Part shown: piece after piece, positions 36,470-47,300 of the stretch
Layout of the letters: each line of letters begins with the position of its first letter
How positions within the stretch are numbered: position 1 is the stretch's first letter
NCBI GenBank assembly: GCA_938034975.1
Contig: CALHNI010000005.1
Span: forward strand, 60,718-124,717
Reading direction: 5' to 3'
DNA length: 64,000 nucleotides
Source of the DNA: Candidatus Goldiibacteriota bacterium
GTDB lineage: Bacteria > Oederibacteriota > PGYV01 > DYJU01
Notes under the pieces: model-generated
The model's input: the letters and a program-made list of their open reading frames with translations, nothing else
Told to the model about the DNA's origin: nothing
Database searches by the model: none
Made by a program: the position numbers and the translations under genes

Positions 36470-39379
36470 ATGCGCAAAATAAATAAAATTTTATTTTTTT
36501 TAATATTGATTTTTTTTATATCTGTTTATACATTTGCTTTAAATAAAATAAGATATAAAGATTTTAACTGGTTCATTTATGAGACTGATAATTTTTATGT
36601 TTATTATTATAAAGGTGCTGAGTTTTTGGCTAAAATATCAGCAATTTATGCAGAAGAAGCATATAATAAAATAAGCAGAGAACTTAATTTTAAATCCAAG
36701 GAAAAAATCCCGCTTTTTATTTATGATTCCCATCAGGCATTTACAACAACAAATATTACACTTTCTTTTCTTGGCGAGGGAACAGGCGGATTCACAGAGA
36801 TGTTTAAAAACAGAGTGGTTTTGCCAGGCAATGGTTCTTTAAAATCATTAAGACAGGTCATTTTTCATGAAATAACGCATGCGTTTCAGTATAAGTTAAT
36901 ATATGGAGAAGGAGGAATGCTCTCATATGCTTCATTATACAAAGATCTTTTTATACCTTTATGGGTTATGGAAGGCAGTGCCGAGTATTTTGCTGATGAT
37001 TTTGATACAATCGGTGATATGATTTTAAGAGATGCAGTTATAAATAACAGATTAATATCAATTGATAAATTGGATGGTTTTTCACATCTTGAAGAAGTTT
37101 ATCTTGCCTATAAGGAAGCGCAGAGTATTTATATTTACCTTGCAAATAAATACGGAAAAGAAAGAATAGGTGAATTTTTAAATGGTTTCCGCGGGGATGC
37201 CGGTTTGGATATAATTTTTAAAAAGGTATTTAAAAAAGAATTTTCAGATTTTCAAAAAGAATGGGAATTTTATTTAAAGAAAAAATACTGGACGCAGGTT
37301 CAGGGCAGGGATAAGCCAGAAAAATACGGACCCAAATTAACTGAAAATAATCATAATTACATAGTTTATAATCAGGCACCTTCACTTTCTCCTGATGGAA
37401 AATATATTGCTTTTATATCAACGCGGGATGGAAACAGAGCAATTTATATAATGAGAAATGATGGAAAAGAAATGAGGCAGGTTTTTGGAAACAGATTTGA
37501 AGGTATTTCAACTGACGGTTTTCCGATTTCATGGTCAAATGATAACAAAACAATTTATTTTGTTTCAAAAGAAAAAGGAAGGAAATATATATTCAAAGGC
37601 AATATTGAAACAGGAAATTTGGAAAAAATTATAATCCCGGAATTTGATGTTCTGTATTCTCCGGCAATATCTCCTGATGAAAGATATATTGCTTTCATTG
37701 GTTTAAAAGACGGGTTTTCAGATGTTTATATACATGATACAGAAAAAAAAGAGACAATGAATATCACCAGGAATATTTTTGCGAATAATTATGTGAGCTG
37801 GTCAAAAAATGGTGATATGCTTGTTTTTACAGAAGAAAGAAATGATTATAACAGATTGGTTATTTTTGATATAAAATCAGGTAATAAAAAATTTTTAACA
37901 AAAATAGTTAAATATGATTATTTGGCGCCAAAATTTTTAAATGATAAAGAGTTAGTTTGTATATCGGATAAAAACGGGGTTTTAAATGTTTATAAAATAG
38001 ATATAAAAAATGGTAATGAATATCAACTAACCAATGTAATAAATGGTATTTTCGGTATTTCGGTTAGTGATAATTATATTGTTTATTCTTATTATGAAGA
38101 TGCGTGTTATAACATTTATAAATACCTTATATCAAAAAAATATGAATTTACAAAAATACCACTTATCTATAATGAAGCATTTTTGGAAAATAAGGAAAAA
38201 AAAGAAGAAAAATTTTTTAATTATGAAAAAAAATACACACCTATAATTAAAATGCCAGAAGAAGGTGATGATATAGAATTTAAAGAAGAAATAGAAGAAA
38301 TTGCAAAAAAAACAATTAAAAACAATGAAGAATATACCATAAAATTTACACCGGATATATTTTTTGCTTTGCTTGGATTTAGCACTGATACTGGACCTGT
38401 AGGTGGTGCTTATATTCTTGCTTCTGATATGCTTGGAGATAATAATTTAGGGCTGCTTGCGAATTTTATACCAGGGTATTTTTCACAATTTGAATTTAAT
38501 TATTTATTTTTAAAACTTCCTTTTGATATTGGATTTAACTTTTTTTATTATCAGAATATTTATAAATTATATGATATAAGAACCAATTCGTTTTTTTCAC
38601 AGCTTGACACAACAGAAATAGGAGGAAGTATTCAGATTAGTTATCCTTTGAGTTTATATGCGAATCTTGGACTTTCACTCGGAACAAAGAGAATAACTGA
38701 TAAATATATAAATTATGATACAAGCAGTATTTATTCTTTTAATGAAAATGAGTCAAATATTTTAAATACTTTGGCATTTTATTTTGTAAATGATTTTTCT
38801 TCATGGCGTGATTTCTGGACATATTCAGGAGATTTTATTTTATTTTATGTGGAAATGTCAGATAAAATTTTTGGAGGGACAAAGACATATACTATTTATG
38901 AAATTGATTTAAGAAAATATTTTGACCTTTCATCTTTTATTTATAAAAATCTCAGTTTTAATTTAAGGATATTAGGTGCAATGACAGAAGGGAATGATAA
39001 ACCATATTTTCTTTGCGGAGGATTAAATACAATAAGGGGATTAAAATACGGCGAGTATATAGGAGATAAGGTTTTAATAACAAATTATGAATTACGTTAT
39101 ACATTGGCAAAAAATTTTGATTTTTCAATATGGCCCTTGCAATTTTTAATGTTTAAAAATTTAAAAATTGCTTTGTTTGATGATGCCGGAATTGTAAAGT
39201 CGGGTATAATTGATAAATTAACCAATGAAGAGATAAAAAACGGAATAGGTATGAGTTTGATAATTGATGCATTTTTAATTCAGAGACAATTTTTACCATT
39301 GAGATTTGATATAGCAAGGAGAACTGATATCGGGGATTCTTCCTGGAAATTTTATTTTTCCTTCAGCACGGGATTTTAA
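36470..39379 (+). CDS. composite outer-membrane protein: signal peptide + HExxH zincin-like domain + PD40/TolB-type beta-propeller repeats + C-terminal Omp85/surface-antigen-like beta-barrel
   Basis: 969 aa. Signal peptide; VIFHEITHAFQ...E.EGSAEYF (HExxH...E); repeated PD40 motifs (SLSPDGKYIAFISTRDGNRAIYIM, YSPAISPDERYIAFIGLKDGFSDVYI, VSWSKNGDMLVFTEERNDYNRLVIF); ends ...WKFYFSFSTGF with a terminal Phe (OM beta-barrel signature). Confidence 0.5.
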   Translation: MRKINKILFFLILIFFISVYTFALNKIRYKDFNWFIYETDNFYVYYYKGAEFLAKISAIYAEEAYNKISRELNFKSKEKIPLFIYDSHQAFTTTNITLSFLGEGTGGFTEMFKNRVVLPGNGSLKSLRQVIFHEITHAFQYKLIYGEGGMLSYASLYKDLFIPLWVMEGSAEYFADDFDTIGDMILRDAVINNRLISIDKLDGFSHLEEVYLAYKEAQSIYIYLANKYGKERIGEFLNGFRGDAGLDIIFKKVFKKEFSDFQKEWEFYLKKKYWTQVQGRDKPEKYGPKLTENNHNYIVYNQAPSLSPDGKYIAFISTRDGNRAIYIMRNDGKEMRQVFGNRFEGISTDGFPISWSNDNKTIYFVSKEKGRKYIFKGNIETGNLEKIIIPEFDVLYSPAISPDERYIAFIGLKDGFSDVYIHDTEKKETMNITRNIFANNYVSWSKNGDMLVFTEERNDYNRLVIFDIKSGNKKFLTKIVKYDYLAPKFLNDKELVCISDKNGVLNVYKIDIKNGNEYQLTNVINGIFGISVSDNYIVYSYYEDACYNIYKYLISKKYEFTKIPLIYNEAFLENKEKKEEKFFNYEKKYTPIIKMPEEGDDIEFKEEIEEIAKKTIKNNEEYTIKFTPDIFFALLGFSTDTGPVGGAYILASDMLGDNNLGLLANFIPGYFSQFEFNYLFLKLPFDIGFNFFYYQNIYKLYDIRTNSFFSQLDTTEIGGSIQISYPLSLYANLGLSLGTKRITDKYINYDTSSIYSFNENESNILNTLAFYFVNDFSSWRDFWTYSGDFILFYVEMSDKIFGGTKTYTIYEIDLRKYFDLSSFIYKNLSFNLRILGAMTEGNDKPYFLCGGLNTIRGLKYGEYIGDKVLITNYELRYTLAKNFDFSIWPLQFLMFKNLKIALFDDAGIVKSGIIDKLTNEEIKNGIGMSLIIDAFLIQRQFLPLRFDIARRTDIGDSSWKFYFSFSTGF

Positions 39380-39384
39380 CATAA

Positions 39385-40203
39385 ATGGATTTTGTTAATT
39401 CTGCAATTTTGGGTTTGGTCCAGGGGTTTACCGAATTTTTACCAATAAGTTCAACTGCGCATTTAATAATTGTGCCTTTTTTACTTAAAATTAAAGAGGA
39501 ATTTTTAAAATCTCTTGTCTTTGATGTTTTTTTGCATTCAGGAACTTTGTTAGCTGTATTGATTTATTATAAAAATAAGATAATAAAAATAATAGTTGCT
39601 TTTTTAAAAGGCATATATAATAAGGATAAAAGGGAGAATATTGATTTTAAACTTGCATTATATATAATATTTGCATCATTGCCTGCTTTTATTTTTGGCT
39701 ATTTTTTTAAAGATATAATTGAACGAGTTTTCAGAAATCCTGTTTTTCCTGCTTTATTTCTGATAATTTTTGCAATTTTACTTCTTTTAGCGGATAGAAA
39801 AAAGAATCAGGAAAAAGAATTAGCAAAATTAAATTTTATTGATGCTATAACAATAGGATTTTTTCAGGTAATTGCATTATTACCCGGAGTTTCAAGGTCA
39901 GGTATTACAATAACCGCGGGTCTTTTTTTGGGATATAAAAGAACTGATGCGGCAGAATTTTCTTTTTTAATTTCAATACCTGTAATTTCAGGTGCTGTTG
40001 TTTTTAGCATAAAAGATATTTTGGAAAAAAAAACAGATAGCGCGGATTTAATTATTTTAATCACGGGATTTGTTTTTGCTTTTTTGTCGGGTATTATTGC
40101 GATTAAATTTTTACTTTCTTATGTGAAAAAATTTTCATATCTGATTTTTGTTGTTTACAGAATAATTCTTGGTTTTATTATTCTGCTTCTTTTATTTTCT
40201 TAA
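39385..40203 (+). CDS. uppP: undecaprenyl-diphosphatase UppP (BacA)
   Basis: AILGLVQGFTEFLPISSTAHL and LPGVSRSG.TI motifs; 8 TM; 272 aa. Confidence 0.85.
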   Translation: MDFVNSAILGLVQGFTEFLPISSTAHLIIVPFLLKIKEEFLKSLVFDVFLHSGTLLAVLIYYKNKIIKIIVAFLKGIYNKDKRENIDFKLALYIIFASLPAFIFGYFFKDIIERVFRNPVFPALFLIIFAILLLLADRKKNQEKELAKLNFIDAITIGFFQVIALLPGVSRSGITITAGLFLGYKRTDAAEFSFLISIPVISGAVVFSIKDILEKKTDSADLIILITGFVFAFLSGIIAIKFLLSYVKKFSYLIFVVYRIILGFIILLLLFS

Positions 40204-40210
40204 AAAAAAA

Positions 40211-40975
40211 ATGAAAATAAAATTTTTAGGAACAGGAACATCGCATGGTGTCCCGCTTATTGGTTGTAATTGCAAAACCTGTAAATCAAAAGATTTAAAA
40301 AATAAAAGATACAGAACTTCCATTTTTATAAATGATAATAATACAAATATATTAATTGATACTCCGCCTGAGTTTCGTTTGATGGCAATTGAATATGAAA
40401 TAAAAAAAATAGATGCAGTATTTTTTACGCATGCCCATATGGACCATATTGCCGGTTTTGATGATATAAGAAGATTTAATGAAATTCAGGGTAAGGAAAT
40501 AAATACTTATTCAGATAAAAAAAATCTAAAAGAAATAAAAAAACGATTCAGCTATATATATGAAAAAACACAATTGGGTGGCGGAAAACCCAAAGTTAAT
40601 TTTATAGAAATAAAACCTTATTTCCAATTTAAGGTAAATAATTTAAAAATTATACCATTGACTGTATTTCATGGGGATATTAAAGTAATTGGATTTAGAA
40701 TAAAAAATTTTGCTTATATAACCGATGTTTCAAAAATTCCGGAAAAAACATATAAATATTTAGAAAATCTTGATGTTTTAGTGCTTGATGCTTTAAGAAT
40801 AGAAAAACATCCGACACATTTTAATTTGGCTCAGGCGATATCTGAGGCAAAAAAAATAAATGCCAAAAGAACTTTTTTTACACATATTTCCCATTCATTA
40901 GAACATGGTAAAACAGAAAAAATTTTACCCCAAAATATCAAATTGGCTTATGATGGTTTGGAAATAAAAATTTAA
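40211..40975 (+). CDS. MBL-fold metallo-hydrolase (PhnP/GloB-like). The ORF-track start at 40169 overlaps uppP; the ATG at 40211 is preferred.
   Basis: Starts MKIKFLGTGTSHG..., has a HAHMDHIAG zinc motif and a later H..L.......E....NAKRTFFTHISH. Confidence 0.65.
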   Translation: MKIKFLGTGTSHGVPLIGCNCKTCKSKDLKNKRYRTSIFINDNNTNILIDTPPEFRLMAIEYEIKKIDAVFFTHAHMDHIAGFDDIRRFNEIQGKEINTYSDKKNLKEIKKRFSYIYEKTQLGGGKPKVNFIEIKPYFQFKVNNLKIIPLTVFHGDIKVIGFRIKNFAYITDVSKIPEKTYKYLENLDVLVLDALRIEKHPTHFNLAQAISEAKKINAKRTFFTHISHSLEHGKTEKILPQNIKLAYDGLEIKI

Positions 40976-40996
40976 TTTTTATCACAATTTAATTTT

Positions 40997-41207
40997 AAAA
41001 TTGCATTATTAGGAGACTGCGATTTTCATGAGAAAAAACAAAAATAATATATTATTTAAAAAAATGAAATATTTAAAACAACACTTGATCTTTATTTTAA
41101 ATAAAAACATGGTGAATAAAAGTAATGCAATATTAAAAATAAAAATTTATTAAATAAAAATATTTTGTTTTCCGTAATAAAAAGCTTTTTTAAATGCGTT
41201 TTTATGG
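40997..41207 (+). repeat. intergenic composite repeat, copy F5 (degenerate A'-C-D-degenerate B)
   Basis: A'-like 40997-41030 (aaaattgcattattaggagactgcgattttcatgag), C 41053-41100 (aaaaaaatgaaatatttaaaacaacacttgatctttattttaaat), D 41107-41165 (ggtgaataaaagtaatgcaatattaaaaataaaaatttattaaat) and B-like 41171-41207 (tccgtaataaaaagcttttttaaatgcgtttttatgg). Confidence 0.75.
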
Positions 41208-41220
41208 ATTTAAAAAAGTC

Positions 41221-41250
41221 ATAGCAAAAATTAAAATTTTTTATTATAAT
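41221..41250 (+). promoter_or_regulatory. putative promoter of the kor operon: ATAGCA-N18-TATAAT, 13 nt after the B-like palindrome
   Basis: Weak -35 at 41221-26 and consensus -10 TATAAT at 41245-50. korD starts at 41285, preceded by a GGAG RBS. Confidence 0.4.
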
Positions 41251-41284
41251 ATATTCGTTTTGATTATCTGAAAAAGGAGTTTGA

Positions 41285-41521
41285 ATGAGAAAAGGAAAAA
41301 TAAAAATAAATGAGGATCGCTGCAAAGGATGTCTGCTTTGTATTGAGCAATGCAAAGTAAAGGAAATTATACAAGGCGAAAAAGTAAATAAATACGGGCA
41401 TTTGGTTGTTGAATTTAAAAATTCAGGTAAATGTAATGCATGCACTTTATGTGCAATAGTGTGTCCTGATGCAGCAATTGAGGTTTATGAAGTATCTGAG
41501 GAAAAAGTAAATGGAAAATAA
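41285..41521 (+). CDS. korD: 4Fe-4S dicluster ferredoxin subunit (delta) of 2-oxoacid:ferredoxin oxidoreductase
   Basis: 78 aa with two CxxCxxCxxxCP-type motifs (CKGCLLCIEQC and CNACTLCAIVCP). Confidence 0.7.
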   Translation: MRKGKIKINEDRCKGCLLCIEQCKVKEIIQGEKVNKYGHLVVEFKNSGKCNACTLCAIVCPDAAIEVYEVSEEKVNGK

Positions 41522-42566
41522 CAAGATATTGATAAAAGGTAATCATGCCATTGTAGAAGCTGCAATTGATGCTGGTTGCAGGTTTTATGCCGGTTATCCA
41601 ATAACCCCGCAAAATGAAATACCGGAATATATGTCAATAAAAATGAAAGAAGCAGGCGGAATTTTTATGCAGGCAGAAAGTGAACTTATTTCAATAAATT
41701 TGGTTTATGGCGCAGCAGTTGCCGGGGCACGTGCTATGACAACATCTTCTTCTCCTGGTATTTCGCTTATGCAGGAAGGCATTTCATATATGGCTGGATG
41801 TGAACTTCCTGGTGTTATTGTGAATGTTCAAAGGGGAGGACCAGGTCTTGGTAATATATCACCATCCCAATCAGATTATTTTCAAGCGGTAAAACCAGGG
41901 CATGGGGATTACAGGTTAATAGTTTTAGCACCATATAACACACAGGAAATGTATGATTTTACTTTTGAAGCCTTTGATCTTGCAGATAAATATAGAAATC
42001 CTGTAATGGTATTAACTGATGGATTACTTGGTCAGATAATGGAAAGTATTGAATTAAAAAGAAAAACCCCTGAACTTTTAAATCAAAAAAAAGACTGGGC
42101 ATTAACAGGTGCAAAAGGAAGAAAAGGTAAAAGGATTGTTTCTTTACTGATGGAACCAGGTGTTCTTGAAAAACATAATTTTCATTTAAAAGAAAAATAT
42201 GATTTAATAAGAAAAACAGAAAAAAGATTTGAAAAGTTGGGTATAACTGAAGATATGGAATATTTGATTGTGGCTTTTGGAACCGTTGCACGAATATCAA
42301 AAGGTGCAATAAAACTTAGCAGAGATATTAAAATTGGTTTATTCAGACCAATTACATTATTTCCTTTCCCTTATGAGGAATTAAAGGAAATTGCACGAAA
42401 AGTAAAAAAAATTTTTGTTTTTGAAATGAATCTGGGTCAGATGCTTGAAGATGTTAAAATAGCAGTTGAGGATTCTGAAAAGATTGAATTTTATGGCAGA
42501 CCAGGCGGTGGCGTTCCGACTTCCGAAGAACTTTTAAATTTTATATTAAAAAGGATACAAAAATGA
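41511..42566 (+). CDS. korA: 2-oxoacid (2-oxoglutarate/pyruvate-type):ferredoxin oxidoreductase alpha subunit
   Basis: 351 aa. GN.A...AA..AG.RF...YPITP and Q.ESE......GAA.AGAR.MT.SS.PG motifs; overlaps korD. Confidence 0.8.
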   Translation: MENNKILIKGNHAIVEAAIDAGCRFYAGYPITPQNEIPEYMSIKMKEAGGIFMQAESELISINLVYGAAVAGARAMTTSSSPGISLMQEGISYMAGCELPGVIVNVQRGGPGLGNISPSQSDYFQAVKPGHGDYRLIVLAPYNTQEMYDFTFEAFDLADKYRNPVMVLTDGLLGQIMESIELKRKTPELLNQKKDWALTGAKGRKGKRIVSLLMEPGVLEKHNFHLKEKYDLIRKTEKRFEKLGITEDMEYLIVAFGTVARISKGAIKLSRDIKIGLFRPITLFPFPYEELKEIARKVKKIFVFEMNLGQMLEDVKIAVEDSEKIEFYGRPGGGVPTSEELLNFILKRIQK

Positions 42567-43306
42567 TTGAAAAAATAATTTATAAAAAACCTGATTCACT
42601 TACAGATGTAAATTTTTCCTATTGTCCGGGATGTGGTCATAGCACTGTTCATAAAATAATTGCTGAAGTAATTGACGAACTTGCTTTAAGGGAAAATACA
42701 ATTGCTGTTGCACCAGTTGGGTGTGCAGTATTTGCATATAATTTCTGGGATTTTGATGTTACAGAAGCACCGCATGGTAGAACCCCGGCAGTTGCAACCG
42801 CTATAAAACGTGTTTTACCTGATAGATTGGTTTTTTCATATCAGGGAGATGGTGATTTGGCTTCTATCGGAATGGCAGAGATTGTTCATACTGCAAACAG
42901 GGGAGAAAATATAACTGTGATATTTATTAATAATACAAATTATGGAATGACAGGCGGTCAGCTTGCTCCAACAACTTTATTAAATCAGAAAACAACGACT
43001 TCGCCTTTTGGCAGAGATGCAAAAAATTATGGTTATCCTTTTAAGATGCTGGAATTTTTATCACCATTAGAAGGTGTAAAATACTTAGAAAGAGTAAAAG
43101 TTACAGATGCAGCATCAGTTGTAAAAACAAAAAATGCTATAAAAAAAGGTTTTAGTTATCAATTACAAAATATTGGTTTTTCAATGATTGAAGTTTTATC
43201 TTCTTGTCCTGCGAACTGGCGAAAAGAACCATTAGATTCAAATAAATGGATTGAAGAAGAAATCTCAAAAGTATATCCAGTTGGAAAAATAAAGGATATA
43301 AAATAA
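42563..43306 (+). CDS. korB: 2-oxoacid:ferredoxin oxidoreductase beta subunit (TPP-binding)
   Basis: 247 aa. YCPGCGH, GDGD...IG (TPP-binding GDG) and NN..YGMTGGQ motifs. Confidence 0.8.
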   Translation: MIEKIIYKKPDSLTDVNFSYCPGCGHSTVHKIIAEVIDELALRENTIAVAPVGCAVFAYNFWDFDVTEAPHGRTPAVATAIKRVLPDRLVFSYQGDGDLASIGMAEIVHTANRGENITVIFINNTNYGMTGGQLAPTTLLNQKTTTSPFGRDAKNYGYPFKMLEFLSPLEGVKYLERVKVTDAASVVKTKNAIKKGFSYQLQNIGFSMIEVLSSCPANWRKEPLDSNKWIEEEISKVYPVGKIKDIK

Positions 43307-43316
43307 AAGGAGTAAA

Positions 43317-43850
43317 ATGACAGAAAAAGTAATTATAGCAGGAAGCGGTGGTCAGGGTGTATTAACACTTGGTATTTTTATTGCAAAAATTGGATTTAGT
43401 GAAGGAAAAAATGTTACATGGTTACCAACCTATGGTGCTGAAAAAAGAGGTGGTTTTTCTTTTTGTTACACAGTTGTTTCAGATGAAGAGATTTTTTCTC
43501 CTGTTGTTGAAAGCCCTGATACTTTGATTTTATTTGACCAGCGTGCTTATGATGTTTATAAGGAAAAAATAAACCAGCAAACTTATGTCGTTGTTAATTC
43601 CAATCTTGTAAAAAATATAAACAAGAACAATAAAAATTTTTTTGAAATAGATGCAACAAAAATTGCCAAAGAAATTAATTTTATTCAGGCGATGAATGTT
43701 GTAATGTTTGGTGCATATTTTCAGTTAAAAAAAATATTTAAAATAGAAACAGTTTATAATGTAATGAAGCAGATGCTAAAGGGTAAAAAGGAAGATACCT
43801 TTTTAAAAAATAAAATTGCTTTTGAAAAAGGTATGGAATTTTTTAAATAA
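43317..43850 (+). CDS. korC: 2-oxoacid:ferredoxin oxidoreductase gamma subunit
   Basis: 177 aa. IIAGSGGQGVLT.G..IA motif. Follows korAB. Confidence 0.75.
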   Translation: MTEKVIIAGSGGQGVLTLGIFIAKIGFSEGKNVTWLPTYGAEKRGGFSFCYTVVSDEEIFSPVVESPDTLILFDQRAYDVYKEKINQQTYVVVNSNLVKNINKNNKNFFEIDATKIAKEINFIQAMNVVMFGAYFQLKKIFKIETVYNVMKQMLKGKKEDTFLKNKIAFEKGMEFFK

Positions 43851-43853
43851 AAG

Positions 43854-44315
43854 ATGAAATTTATAATAAGAAAAGCAAAAACAAAAGACGCATATAAAAT
43901 AAGAAATATACTAAAAAAATATAGTGCTCAGGCAGATATACTTATAAGGCCGCTTAATGATATTTATGAAAATATCAGGGATTTTTTTGTGGTAGAATAT
44001 AAAAATAAAATTATAGGTGTTATTGCTTTACATATTTACTGGGAAGATATTGCTGAAATAAGGTCTTTTGTAATAGAAGAAAAATATAGAAATTTAAGTT
44101 TGGGAAAAAAACTTTTGGAAACAGCGTTAAAAGAAGCAAAGGAACTGGATTTAAAAAAAGTTTTTGCTTTGACTAAAATAGAAAAATTTTTTATTAATAA
44201 CGGATTTAAAAAAATTTCAAGAAAAAAATTGCCGCAAAAAATATGGCGTGATTGTTTATTTTGTGCAAAATATCCGGATAAATGCGATGAAATAGCTGTA
44301 ATAAAAAAAATATAA
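43854..44315 (+). CDS. GNAT-family N-acetyltransferase
   Basis: 153 aa with an R.FVIEE.YR...LG..LL acetyl-CoA binding motif (motif A Q/R-x-x-G-x-G/A). Confidence 0.6.
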   Translation: MKFIIRKAKTKDAYKIRNILKKYSAQADILIRPLNDIYENIRDFFVVEYKNKIIGVIALHIYWEDIAEIRSFVIEEKYRNLSLGKKLLETALKEAKELDLKKVFALTKIEKFFINNGFKKISRKKLPQKIWRDCLFCAKYPDKCDEIAVIKKI

Positions 44316-44335
44316 ATAAATTTTGCAGGTAAAAG

Positions 44336-47300
44336 ATGAAAATTGAAAAAAAAGAGATAGTTTTAAACTTTGAAATAGTTATAAAAGAACAGGATGGCCA
44401 TTTTATAGGTGAATGCATTGAATTGCCAGGACTTATTGTTAGCGGAGCAAATAAAAATGAGGTTATAAAAAATATTAAAGCGGCAATACCACTTTATTTA
44501 AAATATGTGCCAAAAGAGTCCTTTATACCTGTTTATGAAAATTCAATGACTCCTATAATATATGATTTTGAAGAATTCAATGGTTTTTTATATGCAGCAT
44601 CAAGCAAAGATGTGGTTTTAAAAACCCCCACCGGTGATGTTGGTTCATGGGAAAATATAAACATAACAAATATATTTTCGCCTTATTTTAATCCGCCTGT
44701 GGGAAAAATAAGGGATTTTACAACAGAAGATCTTGGTGATTATACGCCTCAGATATACTGTCTTAAATTTTTTAGTGACCTTGGAACACCAAAACTTTAC
44801 TGCGGAACAAATGCCAATGGCGGGATTTATGAAACGCTTGATGGTAAAAAATGGAGCTTATCATTTAACAGTGGTGAAGCAAGAGTGCATTGCCTTGAAG
44901 TTTTCAAAGGGAAACTTTTTGCTGGCACATCAACAGAAGGTAAAATATACAGTTATAATGGTACAAATTGGACAATTTCAAATGCAACAACTGAACTTGC
45001 TATTGTCTCTTTCGGGCTTTTCAGGGATTATCTTTATGCTGGCACTTACCCGAACGGCATAATATTCAGGACAGCAGATGGTATAAACTGGCAGAAAGTA
45101 TTTGATACAAATCAGAGTTTTGTAAATAGTTTTTGTGTTTTTAAAAACAGGTTATATGCTGCTACATCAAAAGCATCCGGTGCCCTTGTTTTTATGACAG
45201 AGGATGGAACAAACTGGGTTGAAAATTTTTTTTCTGAAAAGGATCCTAATTTTTTTAAATTTGCTGTTTTTGCAAATGCTCTTTATCTTGGGACAGGCGA
45301 TAATGGAAGAGTATATAAAACTTTAGACGGTAAAAAATGGGAACTTGCATTCCAGACAGATGAAGAAGATATAAGAGCCATAACAGTTTTTAATGGTTAT
45401 CTATATTTTGGCTCATCACCCAAAGGCAGAATATTTAAAACAATTGAAAGCAATGTGCCGCCACCAAAAGCGTATGATATTGAGATAAGCGAAGTGACGT
45501 CCCACAGCGCAGTTATAACATGGAAAACAGATAGGGAAGCAAACACTATAATAGAATATGGTTTGGATAAAAATTATGGTAATAATATTATAAATGAGAC
45601 AAAAACTGTAAATCATAAAATTACTTTGAATAATTTAAAAGCATTAACAACCTATCATTTTAGAATACTTACTTTTTCTGATATGGGAAGTTTTTCAGGT
45701 ATACTAGAAGATTATAGTTTTACAACCAGTGCGGCAGTTACGCCTGTTATTTCATCAAAGACGCATAGTGACCAGAATAAATGGTATTCTTCAATGGAAT
45801 GTGAACTAAACTGGGGCATACATCCTGAGGTAAAAAATTATTACTATTTATTTGATAAAAATCCTGAAACGGTTCCTGATATTTCAAAGTGTAATGTAAC
45901 GGCAAAAGAAAGCACTATTATAAAATTGCCGGAAGATGGAATATGGTATTTTCATTTACTTATTGAAGATAAAGCAGGAAATATAAGCACATCTGTTTCC
46001 CATTTTACAATAAAGATTGATACTTCGGCTTTGCCTCCTGATGTTTTTTCACCCACACACCCTGATAATACTAAATGGTATAATAACAGCAACGTTGTTT
46101 TAAAATGGAATCCACCCGATGATCTTTCAGGGATTGAAGGATATTATTTTATGATTGATGACTTACCTGGAACATTGGTAAATGAAAAATCTGGCAGGTT
46201 TACGTCTGATACTCAAATTTCAATAAAAATTCATGATGATGGAGTAAAATATTTTCATATTATATCAAAAGATAAGGCAGGTAATATAGGAACAAAGGCA
46301 ACACATTTCAGGATAAACATTGATACGCATTCTTTGCCACCTATAATAAGTTCTAAAACTCATCCTGATACAGAATCATGGTATAATGAAAGAGAGGCAG
46401 AAATTCATTTTGCAAAACCCCATGATTTATCAGGAATTGAAGGATTTTATTATTATGTGGATAATAATAAAACACCGAATGAAAATGTTGACTGGTCTTT
46501 CATTGAATCAGGAGATATAAAAATTAAAGTTAATCAGGATGGGATATGGTATGTTCATGCAAAATCAAAGGATTTGGCAGGAAATATATCAAAAGAAATA
46601 TCAAGTTTTAAATTAAAGATAGATACCCAGGCGTTACCACCTAACATATCTTCCTTAACACATCCTGATCCTAATAAATGGTATAATATTAAACGTGCCC
46701 AGTTTAAAATATATCCTTCTGATGATTTATCTGGCATAGAAGGTTATTATTATTTAATTGATACAAAAGAAAAAACAATTCCTGATACAACATCAGTTTG
46801 GCTTGATAAAGACACAATTTTTACGCCTGATTTAAAAGATGGCGAATGGTATTTACATATCATAACAAAAGATAAAGCAGGGAATGTTGGGATTTTGGCT
46901 TCTCATTTTAAATTTAATATTGATACTACAGCCAAGCCACCCAAAGTTTTTTCAAAAACACACCCGAACCAGGAGGAATGGTATAATAATCCAAATCCGG
47001 AATTACACTGGGAAACCCCTGAGGACCTTTCAGGCATAGAAGGTTATTATTATATTGTTGATAATAAACAAAATACAATACCAACAAAAGAAAACGGTGA
47101 ATGGATAAAGACAAATCAGGTTGTTCTTTCACAAATGGAAGATGGAATTTTTTATTTTCATATTGTTTCAAAAGATTATGCCGGTAATATAGGTTTTGAA
47201 GCAGAACATTTTAAAATAAAAATAGATACAAAAGTTGAATCTCCAAAAGTTATGTCATTGACGCATCCTGATGAAAACAAATGGTATAATAGCCAGATTG

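Noticed and set aside
44733-45062. 109-aa + strand ORF in an alternative frame inside the giant gene; also 38043-38246 inside the 969-aa gene
   Set aside because: Out-of-frame overlaps within long, continuous, motif-rich ORFs, with no independent start context.
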